Positions 1 to 9,689 of a stretch of 64,000 nt of DNA are shown one piece after another. A program made the translations under genes and the position numbers. Source of the stretch: Pseudomonadota bacterium (GTDB lineage Bacteria; Pseudomonadota; Gammaproteobacteria; Steroidobacterales; Steroidobacteraceae); assembly GCA_963205255.1 (NCBI GenBank), contig CAUJIK010000047.1, forward strand, positions 1,871-65,870, read 5' to 3'. Every line of letters begins with the position of its first letter. Position 1 is the first letter of the stretch. Below the pieces are notes generated by a model. That model had not been told where the DNA came from and searched no databases. It saw only the letters and a program-made list of their open reading frames with translations.

Positions 1-1046
1 TGTACCGTATTTCGCTCTCGGGCACCCTCGAGACGATTCATGCCTTCGGCACCGACGAGGGCAAGGACCCCGAAGGCACGCTCATCGTGGGCGCGGACGG
101 CAACCTCTACGGCACTACGCTGACCGGCGGTGAGAACGATCGCGGCACTATCTACCGCATTACCACCGGCGGGCAGCTGACCACGCTGTATTCCTTTCCG
201 CGTGTGGGCGCCTTCAGCACTGCCGGTGTCGCGACCAATGAGACCGGCGCCAATCCGCGTTCCGGCCTCATGATCGGAGCCGACGGCAACTTCTACGGCA
301 CGGCTTACCAGGGCGGCAGCCACGGCTACGGCACGGTGTACCGCATGACGCCCGCGGGCGACGTCACGGTGCTGCATCACTTCACCGGCGCCAGTTCCGG
401 CGGTGCCTTCCCGCTGGGTGGCGTGATCCAGGATGCGGCCGGCAATTTCTACGGCACCACGGAGCAGGGTGGTCACCTGAACCGCGGCACGGCCTGGCAG
501 CTGTCGCCGGCGGGTGAGTTCACCCTGCTGCACAGTTTCCTCGGCGGCTCCTTCGACGGCTACATGCCCTATGCCGGTCTGACTCTGGTGGGCGATGAGC
601 TCTATGGCGTCAGTTACTCCGACGCGGTGGCGGGCCTGGGCGCGGTGTTCCAGCTGGAACGTGGTACCGGCGGCGTACTGCCGGTGCGGATCGCGGTGTC
701 GCCGACGTCGATCCAGGTTGGCAGCAGCGCCACGATCACCTGGGACACCACCGGTGCGGCCTCGTGCAGCGGCTCCGGCGCCTGGACGGACACGATCGCC
801 GTGTCGGGCTCTCTGACGGTGACTCCCGCCGCGGCCGGAATCTACAGCTACACACTCAGCTGCACCGATGGCGCGGGCGTGGAGCGTCATGGCTATGTCT
901 CGCTGGCGGTCAATGCGCCGCCCAGCCAGCCGGTGGATGGCGGCGGCGATGGCGGTGGCGGCAGCCTGCGCTTCGGCACACTGTTGTTGCTGGGCGCGCT
1001 GCTCTGGGCGCTGAGGCTCAGGGGCCGCGCCTTCTTCGCGGCCTGA
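1..1046 (+). CDS. Secreted tandem-repeat protein (GloVer-type 'choice-of-anchor' repeats), truncated at its 5' end by the window edge. It carries an Ig-like domain and a GlyGly-CTERM-like sorting tail.
   Basis: The frame is open from nt 3 (YRISLSGTLETIHAFGTDEGKDPEGTLIV...) into ORF 87..1046. Repeats of about 45 aa each contain DGN(L/F)YGTT..GG....GT(I/V/A)(Y/W). The C-terminus GGGDGGGGSLRFGTLLLLGALLWALRLRGR is a Gly run, a hydrophobic helix and an Arg cluster. Confidence 0.7.
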   Translation, partial: YRISLSGTLETIHAFGTDEGKDPEGTLIVGADGNLYGTTLTGGENDRGTIYRITTGGQLTTLYSFPRVGAFSTAGVATNETGANPRSGLMIGADGNFYGTAYQGGSHGYGTVYRMTPAGDVTVLHHFTGASSGGAFPLGGVIQDAAGNFYGTTEQGGHLNRGTAWQLSPAGEFTLLHSFLGGSFDGYMPYAGLTLVGDELYGVSYSDAVAGLGAVFQLERGTGGVLPVRIAVSPTSIQVGSSATITWDTTGAASCSGSGAWTDTIAVSGSLTVTPAAAGIYSYTLSCTDGAGVERHGYVSLAVNAPPSQPVDGGGDGGGGSLRFGTLLLLGALLWALRLRGRAFFAA

Positions 1047-1064
1047 GGCCAGAGCTTCCCGCGC

Positions 1065-1916
1065 ATGTCCGCCACGCGCACCAGCGAGCCGGTTCGCGCG
1101 TTGCTGGGCGAGGCTTCCGTCGAGATGGGCTGCGCCGAGGCCGGCCACCTGGCCGAGGCCGCGAGGCTGCTGCCGGCCGGCAGCGACATCTTCATTGCCA
1201 TGCTTCCCGGCGAAAGCTGGCAGGAACTGGTGGCTGCCGCCGGAGCCGTGCGTGACGCCGGTCTGAATCCGGTGCCGCACCTGCCGGGTCGCCGCATCAG
1301 GGACCGTGCCGAACTGGCTGGCATTGCCGGCGAGCTTGCGCGCGCCGGCGTCACCCGGGTGTTGCTCATCGCCGGCGATGTTCCCGTGCCCGCAGGCGAC
1401 TACGCCTCCACCGTGCCGATCCTCGAGACCGGGGAGCTGCCGCGCGCGGGCATCCGTTCCATCTGTGTGGCCGGCCACCCCGAGGGCCATGCGCACATGA
1501 CCGCCGACGAGCAGCATGGATTCGAGGCACGCAAGGCGCAGCTGGCGGCGCAGCAGGGCTTCGAGCTCTCCTTTGCCACGCAGCTGTGCTTTGAATCCGC
1601 GCCCATCATCGCCTGGGAGCGGCAGCTGCGTGCCCATGGTATCAACGCACCCGTGCGGGCCGGCCTTCCCGGTTCCGCCAGTCTCGATACGCTGCGGCAG
1701 TTCGCGCAGATCTACGGCGCCGGGCCTTCGGCGCGCGTGCTGGCCGCAGATGAGGGCGTCGTGCTGGCCGATCAAGGCCCGCGGCAGCTGGTTGCGCAGC
1801 TTGCCGAAGCGCAGGTGTCTGGCGGCTCCTGCTTCCACTCGGTGCACCTGTTTTCGTTCGGCAGTTTCCTCAGCAGCTGTCGTTGGCTGGCGACGGAGCG
1901 GCGCGCGGATCGCTGA
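1065..1916 (+). CDS. Methylenetetrahydrofolate reductase-like protein (MetF/MTHFR fold)
   Basis: ORF 1065..1916. Motifs VLLIAGDVPVP, VAGHPEGHAH and FATQLCFES occur in the order typical of MTHFR-family proteins. Confidence 0.55.
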   Translation: MSATRTSEPVRALLGEASVEMGCAEAGHLAEAARLLPAGSDIFIAMLPGESWQELVAAAGAVRDAGLNPVPHLPGRRIRDRAELAGIAGELARAGVTRVLLIAGDVPVPAGDYASTVPILETGELPRAGIRSICVAGHPEGHAHMTADEQHGFEARKAQLAAQQGFELSFATQLCFESAPIIAWERQLRAHGINAPVRAGLPGSASLDTLRQFAQIYGAGPSARVLAADEGVVLADQGPRQLVAQLAEAQVSGGSCFHSVHLFSFGSFLSSCRWLATERRADR

Positions 1917-1920
1917 AGCT

Positions 1921-1965
1921 GCATCTGGCAGTCATGAATGACTGCGATGATGCAGGGGTTATACT
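1921..1965 (+). promoter_or_regulatory. Candidate operator and promoter of the RND efflux operon
   Basis: There is a perfect inverted repeat GCAGTCAT-GA-ATGACTGC at 1928-1945. It is flanked by an outer GCATC (1921-1925) / GATGC (1949-1953) pair. The right arm overlaps a -35-like ATGACT, and a TATACT -10-like hexamer lies at 1960-1965, about 65 nt before the adaptor ATG. Confidence 0.3.
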
Positions 1966-2030
1966 TGCGCGCCCTGAGGACAGGTGTCCCCCGCACCGGT
2001 CGTTCTCCCGAACCAAGGTTCTCCGATCCC

Positions 2031-3242
2031 ATGTCTGACAGCTTTGCTTTCCGGCCGCGTTCGAGCGGCATATCACGTGGTGCATTGTCTGTGCTGGTCG
2101 CGGCGCTGCTGGCCGCCTGTGGCGGCGGCACGCAGCCCGGGCCGCCGCCGTCGCCCGAGGTGAGTGTGGCGGTCGTGCCCGAGCGCGACATCACCGAGTG
2201 GAACGAATACACCGGCCGTCTCGAAGCGGTGAACACGGTGGAAGTGCGTCCGCAGGTCTCGGGCTTGCTCGAGCGCGTGGCCTTCACCGAAGGCAGGGAA
2301 GTGAAGCAGGGCGAGCTGCTGTTCCAGATCGACCCGCGTCCCTTCCAGGCCGAGCTGGAACGCGCGCAGGCGCAGCAGGATCAGAGCCGCACGGCGGCGG
2401 AGCTCGCGGCGGCGGACCAGGCGCGCGGTGATCGGCTGCTCGCCTCGCGCGCCATTTCGCAGGAAGAATATGACCAGCGCGTCGCGGCGAACCGCAATGC
2501 GGCCGCCGCGGTGCGCGCCACCGATGCCGCGGTGCGCGTCGCGCGCCTGAATCTGGGATACACGCGCATCACATCGCCCATCGACGGGCGCATCGGCCGC
2601 GCCGAGGTCACGCCGGGCAATCTGGTCGCCGGTGGGCAGGCCGGCGCCACGCGCCTGACCACCGTGGTGTCGCTGGAACCGATGTATGCCTATTTCGAGG
2701 TGGCCGAGCAGGATTACCTCAAGTACATCGAGCTGGCGCGCAATGGCGGGCGGTCGCTGTCGCAGGACACCAGGAATCCGGTGCACCTGGCGATCGGCAA
2801 CGACAAGGAGTTCGCCCGCGAAGGCCACATGGATTTTGTGGACAACCGCGTGCAGTCGGGCACCGGCACGGTGCTGGGCCGCGCGGTGTTCCCGAACCCG
2901 GACCGTGTGCTCACGCCGGGAATGTTCGTGCGCGTGCGGATGATGGGCTCGAATGCCTACAAGGGCGCGCTCATCAACGATCGCGCCATCGCCACCGACC
3001 AGGACCGGCGCTATGTGCTGCTGGTGGGCGAGGGCGACACGCTGGAATACCGCGCCATCGAGACCGGCCCCATCGTCGATGGGCTGCGCGTGGTGCGCTC
3101 CGGCCTCAAGCCCGGCGATCGCATCGTGGTCAACGGCCTGCAGCGCGTGCGGCCCGGGATGACGGTGGTGCCGCGCATCGTGCCGATGGAAAGCGATGCC
3201 GCCGTGCCGGCGCCCGCCGCGGCGCAAGCGGCCCCGGGATGA
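2031..3242 (+). CDS. RND efflux periplasmic adaptor (membrane fusion protein, AcrA/MexA family)
   Basis: ORF 1938..3242. I moved the start to ATG 2031, which gives a lipoprotein signal (...LVAALLAACGGG). It has a coiled-coil hairpin and the LGYTRITSPIDGRIG barrel motif. It ends 13 nt before the pump gene. Confidence 0.9.
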   Translation: MSDSFAFRPRSSGISRGALSVLVAALLAACGGGTQPGPPPSPEVSVAVVPERDITEWNEYTGRLEAVNTVEVRPQVSGLLERVAFTEGREVKQGELLFQIDPRPFQAELERAQAQQDQSRTAAELAAADQARGDRLLASRAISQEEYDQRVAANRNAAAAVRATDAAVRVARLNLGYTRITSPIDGRIGRAEVTPGNLVAGGQAGATRLTTVVSLEPMYAYFEVAEQDYLKYIELARNGGRSLSQDTRNPVHLAIGNDKEFAREGHMDFVDNRVQSGTGTVLGRAVFPNPDRVLTPGMFVRVRMMGSNAYKGALINDRAIATDQDRRYVLLVGEGDTLEYRAIETGPIVDGLRVVRSGLKPGDRIVVNGLQRVRPGMTVVPRIVPMESDAAVPAPAAAQAAPG

Positions 3243-3255
3243 TCCAGGCGGCCCC

Positions 3256-6200
3256 ATGAAGCTTGCGCACTTCTTCATCGACAGACCCATCTTCGCCGGT
3301 GTGGTCTCGATCATCATTTTCCTCGCCGGCCTGATCGCTCTTCAGCGTCTGCCCATCAGCGAGTACCCGGAAGTGACGCCGCCCTCGGTGGTGGTGGCCG
3401 CGGCCTATCCGGGCGCAAGCCCGGCCGTGGTCGCCGAGACTGTGGCGGCGCCGCTGGAGCAGTCGATCAACGGTGTCGAGAACATGCTCTACATGTCCTC
3501 GTCGTCCTCTTCCTCGGGGGCGATGAACCTCACCGTCACCTTCAAGACCGGCACCGATATCGATCAGGCGCAGGTACAGGTGCAGAACCGCGTGGCGCAG
3601 GCGCTGGCAAAGCTGCCCGAGGATGTGCGCCGCATCGGCGTCACCACGGTCAAGACCAATCCGAACATCACGCTGTTCGTGCAGCTGGTGTCGCCCTCCG
3701 GTCGCTACGATCTCACCTACCTGCGCAATTTCGCCGAACTGCAGGTGCGTGACACGTTGGCCCGCATCCCGGGCATGGGGCAGGTGGAAGTCTTCGGCGG
3801 CGGCAGCTACGCCATGCGTGTGTGGCTCGATCCGGAGCAGGTTGCCGGGCGCGATCTGACGGCTGGCGATGTGGTGGCCGCGATCCGCGAGCAGAACGTG
3901 CAGGTGGCCGCGGGCGTGGTCGGCGCGCCGCCCATGTCCACGCCGGTGGACCAGCAGCTGCTGATCAGCACCAAGGGCCGGCTGTCCTCCGAGGAAGAGT
4001 TCGGCGACATCATCATCAAGACCGGCGCCAACGGTGATGTCACCCGCCTCAGGGATGTGGCGCGCATCGAGCTGGGTTCGGCCGAATATGGCATCGGCAG
4101 CTACCTCGACGGCCTGCCGTCGGTGGCCATCGGCATCTTCCAGGCGCCCGGCTCCAATGCGCTGGCGCTGGCCGATGACGTGAAGGCGGCGATGCAGCAG
4201 ATGCAGCGCAGCTTCCCCGAGGGCGTGGAATACCGCGTGGTCTACGACCCGACGAATTTCGTGCGCCAGTCCATCGATGCGGTGGTGACCACGCTGTTCG
4301 AGGCGCTGTTGCTGGTGGTGCTGGTGGTGGTGCTGTTCCTGCAGAGCTGGCGCGCATCCATCATTCCGCTGGCCGCGGTGCCGGTGTCCATCGTCGGCAC
4401 CTTCGCCGTGCTGCTCGCCATGGGGTTCTCCATCAACACCCTGTCGCTGTTCGGCCTGGTGCTCGCCATCGGCATCGTGGTGGACGATGCCATCGTGGTG
4501 GTGGAGAACGTGGAGCGCAACATCGCGGCGGGCCTGTCGCCGCGCGATGCCACCTTCCGCGCCATGGATGAGGTCAGCGGCCCGATCATCGCCATCGCGC
4601 TGGTGCTGACGGCGGTGTTCCTGCCCATCGCCTTCCTCGGCGGGCTCACCGGCGAGTTCTACCGCCAGTTCGCGGTCACCATCGCGATCTCGACGCTGAT
4701 CTCGGCATTCAATTCGCTGACGCTGTCGCCGGCGCTGGCGGCCGCGCTGCTCAAGCCCCATGGCGTGCGCAGCGACGCGATCACGCGCATCATCGATCGC
4801 GTGGCAGGGCCGGTGTTCCGGCCATTCAACCGCTTCTTCACGCGCACCTCCGAGTCCTATGGCCGCGGTGTGTCGTGGACCTTGCGCCGCACGGGCCTGG
4901 CGCTGGCGGTGTATGTGCTGCTGCTGGGCTTCGGCGTGCTGGGTTTCCTCAAGGTGCCGGCCGGCTTCGTGCCCACCCAGGACAAGGACTACCTGATCGC
5001 CTTTGCCCAGCTGCCCGACGCGGCCTCGCTGTCGCGCACCGAGGTGGTGATGAAGCGCGTCGGCGACATCCTTGCCGCCGAGGACGGTGTCGAATCCGTC
5101 ATCACCTTCGCGGGCATGTCGGTGACCGGTGGCTTTGGCATGGCGTCCAACAGCGGCGTGATCTTCGCGACGCTGGATCCCAAGGCCACGCGCGGCAAGA
5201 ACCTCTCGGCGGACCAGATCCTGGGGCGTGTGCAGGGCAAGCTGTTTGCCATTGAGGACGCTTTCGTCGGCGTGGTGATGCCGCCGCCGGTGGATGGCAT
5301 GGGCGTTCTCGGCGGCTTCAAGATGCAGCTCGAGGATCGCAGCTCGCTGGGATACCAGGGGCTCAACCGCGTGCTGCAGGAATTTCTGGCCGAGGCGAAC
5401 CAGGTGCCCGGCGTGGTTGGCGTGTTCTCGAACTACCTGGTCAACGTGCCGCAGCTGCAGGCTGAAATCGACCGCGAGAAGGCCAAGCGCGACAACGTGC
5501 CGCTGTCGAATGTGTTCGAGGCGCTGCAGGTGTACCTGGGATCGCTGTACGTCAATGACATGAACCTGTTCGGACGCACCTACCAGGTAATCGTGCAGTC
5601 CGATGCGGATCATCGCGCGCACAAGGAGCAGATTCTCGGGCTCAAGACGCGCAATGCCGCGGGCGGCATGGTGCCGCTGGGTTCGGTGATGACGGTGAAC
5701 GACAGCACCGGGCCCAGCATGGTCACTCACTACAACGGTTATCTCGCCGCCGATGTCACCGGCCAGGCGCTGCCCGGAACCAGTTCCAGCGGCGCGCTCG
5801 ATGCCATGGAGAATCTGGCGCGGCGCGTGCTGCCCGCTGGTGTGGCCTTCGAATGGACCGAGCTTTCCTACCAGGAGATCCTCTCGCGCGGCAGCTCGAC
5901 GCTGATCTTCCCGCTGTGCGTGCTGCTGGCGTTCCTGGTGCTCGCTGCCCAGTATGAAAGCTGGACGCTGCCGCTGGCGGTGATCCTCATCGTGCCCATG
6001 TGCATCATCTGCGCGCTGGCCGGCGTGTGGCTGGTGGGTGGCGACAACAACATCTTCACCAAGGTGGGTTTCATCGTGCTGGTGGGGCTGGCATGCAAGA
6101 ACGCCATCCTCATCGTCGAGTTCGCCATGCATCTGGAGCAGCAGGGCCGCAAGGCCATGGATGCGGCCATCGAGGCTTGCCGGCTGCGCCTGCGCCCCAT

Positions 6201-6414
6201 CATCATGACTTCGCTGGCCTTCATCATGGGCGTGGTGCCGCTGGTGTTCTCCAGTGGCGCCGGTTCCGAGATGCGCCATGCCATGGGCGTGGCGGTGTTC
6301 TCCGGCATGCTGGGCGTGACCTTCTTCGGGCTGTTCCTGACGCCGGTGTTCTATCTGATGATCCGCGCGCTGGTGCTGCGCTACAAAAACGGCGAGGCCG
6401 CCTCCGATGCATGA
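3256..6414 (+). CDS. RND multidrug efflux permease (HAE1, AcrB/MexB family)
   Basis: ORF 3196..6414, with the start at ATG 3256. This gives the canonical N-terminus MKLAHFFIDRPIFAGV and a 1052-aa protein with 12-TM architecture. Confidence 0.95.
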   Translation: MKLAHFFIDRPIFAGVVSIIIFLAGLIALQRLPISEYPEVTPPSVVVAAAYPGASPAVVAETVAAPLEQSINGVENMLYMSSSSSSSGAMNLTVTFKTGTDIDQAQVQVQNRVAQALAKLPEDVRRIGVTTVKTNPNITLFVQLVSPSGRYDLTYLRNFAELQVRDTLARIPGMGQVEVFGGGSYAMRVWLDPEQVAGRDLTAGDVVAAIREQNVQVAAGVVGAPPMSTPVDQQLLISTKGRLSSEEEFGDIIIKTGANGDVTRLRDVARIELGSAEYGIGSYLDGLPSVAIGIFQAPGSNALALADDVKAAMQQMQRSFPEGVEYRVVYDPTNFVRQSIDAVVTTLFEALLLVVLVVVLFLQSWRASIIPLAAVPVSIVGTFAVLLAMGFSINTLSLFGLVLAIGIVVDDAIVVVENVERNIAAGLSPRDATFRAMDEVSGPIIAIALVLTAVFLPIAFLGGLTGEFYRQFAVTIAISTLISAFNSLTLSPALAAALLKPHGVRSDAITRIIDRVAGPVFRPFNRFFTRTSESYGRGVSWTLRRTGLALAVYVLLLGFGVLGFLKVPAGFVPTQDKDYLIAFAQLPDAASLSRTEVVMKRVGDILAAEDGVESVITFAGMSVTGGFGMASNSGVIFATLDPKATRGKNLSADQILGRVQGKLFAIEDAFVGVVMPPPVDGMGVLGGFKMQLEDRSSLGYQGLNRVLQEFLAEANQVPGVVGVFSNYLVNVPQLQAEIDREKAKRDNVPLSNVFEALQVYLGSLYVNDMNLFGRTYQVIVQSDADHRAHKEQILGLKTRNAAGGMVPLGSVMTVNDSTGPSMVTHYNGYLAADVTGQALPGTSSSGALDAMENLARRVLPAGVAFEWTELSYQEILSRGSSTLIFPLCVLLAFLVLAAQYESWTLPLAVILIVPMCIICALAGVWLVGGDNNIFTKVGFIVLVGLACKNAILIVEFAMHLEQQGRKAMDAAIEACRLRLRPIIMTSLAFIMGVVPLVFSSGAGSEMRHAMGVAVFSGMLGVTFFGLFLTPVFYLMIRALVLRYKNGEAASDA

Positions 6415-7879
6415 CAACTCCGCCGGTCGTCCGCGCGCTGCTGGCGTGCCCGCATTGCTGGCCGCGGGCCTGCTGCTGGCCGGCTGCGCCGTGGGGCCGG
6501 ACTACAAGCGGCCCCAGCCGGAGCTGGATGCGGGATTCGCCGGGCAGTCGCTGGTGGAGGCACAGGCGGGCGCGCTGCTGGCGCGCTGGTGGACGCTGTT
6601 TGCCGATCCTCTGCTGGACGAGCTGGTTGCCAGTGCGGTGGAATCCAACCGGAGCCTCGCTGCTGCCGAGGCGCGCCTGAAGGAGGCGCGCGCGGCGCGA
6701 CGCGAGCAGGTCATGGACTTGCTGCCCACAGTGTCGGCCAGCGGCAGCGCTACCTCCCAGCGCCAGAGTCGCGGCAGTACTCCTGGCGGCGTCCCTCTGG
6801 CGCGCGACTACGATCTCTATGAGGCCGGGTTCGATGCCAGCTGGGAGCTGGATCTGTTTGGTCGCGTGCGGCGCGGCAACCAGGCCGCACGCGCCGCGCA
6901 GCAGGCGGCGCAGGCGGCGCGCGATGATGTGCGGCTGTCTGTCATAGCCGAGGTGGCGCGCAACTACTTCGAACTGCGCGGCGCGCAGTTGCAGCTGCAG
7001 GTGTCCACCCGCAATGCCGAGAACCAGCAGCGTGCGCTGGAGCTGGTGCAGGCGCGCCTGGATGCGGGTCGGGGCACGGCGCTGGATACCGCGCGCGCCG
7101 AGGCGCAGATCCAGACCACGCTGGCCGCCGTGCCGCCGCTGGAGGCGGCCGTCACGCGCGCCCGTCATCGCATCGAGGTGCTGGTAGGCCTGCGTCCGGG
7201 TCAGCTGGCGGATCGGCTGGAGAGCATCGAACCGCTTCCGCAATTGCCGCAGACACTGACGCTCGATGATCCGGCGACGCTGCTGCGCCGTCGGCCGGAT
7301 CTGCGCGTGGCCGAGCGCCAGCTTGCCGCCACCAGCGCCCGCGTCGGCGTGGCCGTGGCCGATTTCTTTCCGCGCATCACGCTCAATGGCGCCATCGGCC
7401 TGTCGGCACTGGACGCCGGAGCGCTGCGGGATCATGGCAACGACTACCGGCGCTTCGGGCCGGCGCTGTCGTGGGCGTTTCTGGATTCGGCGCGCGTGTA
7501 TCAGCGCGTGCGTGCCGCGGGCGCGCGCCATGAGGAAGCGCTGGCGAACTACGAGCAGGCGGTGCTGACGGCGCTGGAAGACGTGGAGAATTCGCTGTCG
7601 GACTACGGGCGCCAGCGCCGTCGCCTCGAGCACCTGGCGGCCGCGGCGCGAGCCAGTGTGCTGGCGGCCGACCTTGCAACACAGCGCTTCGAAGGTGGCA
7701 TCGAGGATTTTCTCACCGCGCTGGATGCCTATCGCACCTCGTTGCTCGCGGAGGAACAGCTCGCCATGGGGCAGACTCAGGCGGCCACGTCGCTGGTGGC
7801 GCTTTACAAGGCGCTGGGCGGCGGCTGGGAGATTACCGACACTGCGCCGGTTGCTCCCGTTCCGAGTTCGGCCCCCTGA
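6407..7879 (+). CDS. Efflux outer-membrane factor lipoprotein (NodT/OprM family)
   Basis: ORF 6407..7879. The lipobox LLLAGCAVGPDYKRP is the hallmark N-terminus of this family. The start overlaps the pump stop by 8 nt. Confidence 0.9.
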   Translation: MHDNSAGRPRAAGVPALLAAGLLLAGCAVGPDYKRPQPELDAGFAGQSLVEAQAGALLARWWTLFADPLLDELVASAVESNRSLAAAEARLKEARAARREQVMDLLPTVSASGSATSQRQSRGSTPGGVPLARDYDLYEAGFDASWELDLFGRVRRGNQAARAAQQAAQAARDDVRLSVIAEVARNYFELRGAQLQLQVSTRNAENQQRALELVQARLDAGRGTALDTARAEAQIQTTLAAVPPLEAAVTRARHRIEVLVGLRPGQLADRLESIEPLPQLPQTLTLDDPATLLRRRPDLRVAERQLAATSARVGVAVADFFPRITLNGAIGLSALDAGALRDHGNDYRRFGPALSWAFLDSARVYQRVRAAGARHEEALANYEQAVLTALEDVENSLSDYGRQRRRLEHLAAAARASVLAADLATQRFEGGIEDFLTALDAYRTSLLAEEQLAMGQTQAATSLVALYKALGGGWEITDTAPVAPVPSSAP

Positions 7880-7899
7880 GCGCGGAGGCCAGGACCGGT

Positions 7900-8535
7900 A
7901 TGAAACACCGCGTGCTTATCGTCGATGATCATCCCATCGTGCGGCAGGGGATGCGGCTGATGATCGACGCCGAGCCGGATCTGGTCGTCTGCGGCGAAGC
8001 CCAGTCGGAGCAGGAGGCCAGGGCGCAGGTGCGCGCGCTGGCTCCCGACGCCGTGGTGGTCGATCTGTCGCTGGACCAGGGAGACGGATTCAATGTGGTG
8101 CGCGACATCCGCGCGCACTTCCCGCAGATGCGCGTGCTGGTGCTTTCCATGCACGACGAAGCGATCTATGCCAGCCGGCTCCTTGCCGAAGGGGCGGCCG
8201 GCTACATCATGAAGCAGGCCGCGACCGACCAGCTGGTCGATGCACTGCGCGTGGTGCTGCGCGGCGAGACCTATCTGAGCGAACCAGCGCGGCAACGGAT
8301 CAGCCAGAGCCGACAGCAGGCGGATGAGCCGCGTGCCCGGCTTTCAGTGCGCGAGCTGCAGGTGATCAACCTCGTCGGCCGTGGCGTGGGTTCGCGCGAC
8401 ATCGCCAACCGGCTGTCGCTGTCGGTGAAGACCATCGAATCGCATCGCGCCGCCATCAAGCGCAAGCTGGGTCTGGCGACCAACGCCCAGCTGGTGCAAT
8501 ACGCCATCCAATGGTACGGCCGGCCGGACGCCTGA
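7900..8535 (+). CDS. NarL/LuxR-family response regulator (REC + HTH_LuxR)
   Basis: The receiver domain reads MKHRVLIVDDHPIVRQG...VVVDLSLDQGDG. The C-terminal LSVRELQVINLV...SVKTIESHRAAIKRKLG is a LuxR-type HTH. There is no adjacent kinase. Confidence 0.9.
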   Translation: MKHRVLIVDDHPIVRQGMRLMIDAEPDLVVCGEAQSEQEARAQVRALAPDAVVVDLSLDQGDGFNVVRDIRAHFPQMRVLVLSMHDEAIYASRLLAEGAAGYIMKQAATDQLVDALRVVLRGETYLSEPARQRISQSRQQADEPRARLSVRELQVINLVGRGVGSRDIANRLSLSVKTIESHRAAIKRKLGLATNAQLVQYAIQWYGRPDA

Positions 8536-9689
8536 TCAGGATCGCAGTCGCCGCCGTGGCGGGGCTGCTGGTGCTGGCGGTGCTGGCCGCCGCTGCGCTG
8601 CTGTTTCTCGTCGATGCCGATCGTTTCCGGCCGCGCATCGAGACGCTGGCTTCGCGCGAACTGGGCCGCAATGTCTCCCTCGGCCGGCTGCATTGGGACA
8701 TGGGCTGGCGGCTGGGCGTTGCCAGCGAAGGCGGCTCGGTGGCCAATGCGCCGGGCTTTGGTGATGTGCCCTTTGCCAGCTGGAAGCGGGTGAGCTTCGG
8801 GCTTGCCCTGCGACCCTTGCTGGATCGGCGCGTGCTGATCGATGGCGTGACCATCGATGGCCTGGTGCTCGAACTGCGGCGCGATGCCGGCGGCGTTGCC
8901 AACTGGGATTTTTCCCTGCCTGCCGCCACAGAGTCCGCTGGGAGTACCCGGATCGCCGTCGAGTCCGTGACACTGAAGCAGGCGCACATCAGCTACGTGG
9001 ACGCAGTCAGCGACGCACGCTGGCGCGTCGAGGAGCTGGATCTCGCGCTCGGTCTCGAACCCGGAGAAGGCGCCCTGCCGCAGGCGCTGCGCGATGTCGA
9101 ACTCGATGGGCGCCTTTTCGGCGGGCCGTTGCCCGCGGCCGGCGCGGTGTTTGCGCTGGATGCGCCGCGGCTGGGCTTCGTCGTGGAGGGGCCGCAGCTA
9201 TCGTTGCCCCGCTTCAGCGCGCGCTTCGACAGCACTGATATCGAGGGGCAGTTCGAAGTCGCGAATGCCGAGTCCTTCGCGGCGCAGCTCAAAGTCTCCA
9301 CGCCCTCGCTGCGCGGGCAGCTTCAGGCATTGGGTATCACAGCGCCGCTGACGCGCGATCCACAGGTCTTCGGCGCCCTGCAGCTGTCCGCTCAGGCGAA
9401 CTACAGTGATGGCGCAATGAACCTCACCGCACTGGATGTGAAACTCGACGATACGCGGCTGCAGGGAGAAGTGCAGCTTCCGGCGTTGTCGCCGTTGGTG
9501 CTGCGCTTCAGGCTGGACGCTGACACCATGGATGTGGATCGCTATCTCGAACCGCCCGAAGCCAAGAGCGATCCTTTCGAGCTGCCGGTGGCCACGCTCG
9601 AGTCGCTGGATGCAAAGGGTGTGCTGCGCATCAGCGAGGCCCGGCTTTCAGGCGCCACGGCGCATGATGTCGTGCTCACCGTGGAGTGA
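8511..9689 (+). CDS. AsmA-family protein (short form)
   Basis: It has an N-terminal TM anchor followed by [28 protein letters not shown], which is AsmA-like. The C-terminal [17 protein letters not shown] motif also fits. The start is uncertain; ATG 8511 overlaps the regulator gene by 25 nt. Confidence 0.6.
   Translation: MVRPAGRLIRIAVAAVAGLLVLAVLAAAALLFLVDADRFRPRIETLASRELGRNVSLGRLHWDMGWRLGVASEGGSVANAPGFGDVPFASWKRVSFGLALRPLLDRRVLIDGVTIDGLVLELRRDAGGVANWDFSLPAATESAGSTRIAVESVTLKQAHISYVDAVSDARWRVEELDLALGLEPGEGALPQALRDVELDGRLFGGPLPAAGAVFALDAPRLGFVVEGPQLSLPRFSARFDSTDIEGQFEVANAESFAAQLKVSTPSLRGQLQALGITAPLTRDPQVFGALQLSAQANYSDGAMNLTALDVKLDDTRLQGEVQLPALSPLVLRFRLDADTMDVDRYLEPPEAKSDPFELPVATLESLDAKGVLRISEARLSGATAHDVVLTVE

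Noticed and set aside
3130-6417. A 1095-aa ORF on the minus strand covering the whole RND pump gene
   Set aside because: It is exactly antisense to a textbook AcrB-family gene. Its product is an Arg/His/Gly/Asp-rich low-complexity string with no motifs. This is a typical high-GC shadow ORF. The same applies to 2073..3317 (-) and 6224..7633 (-).
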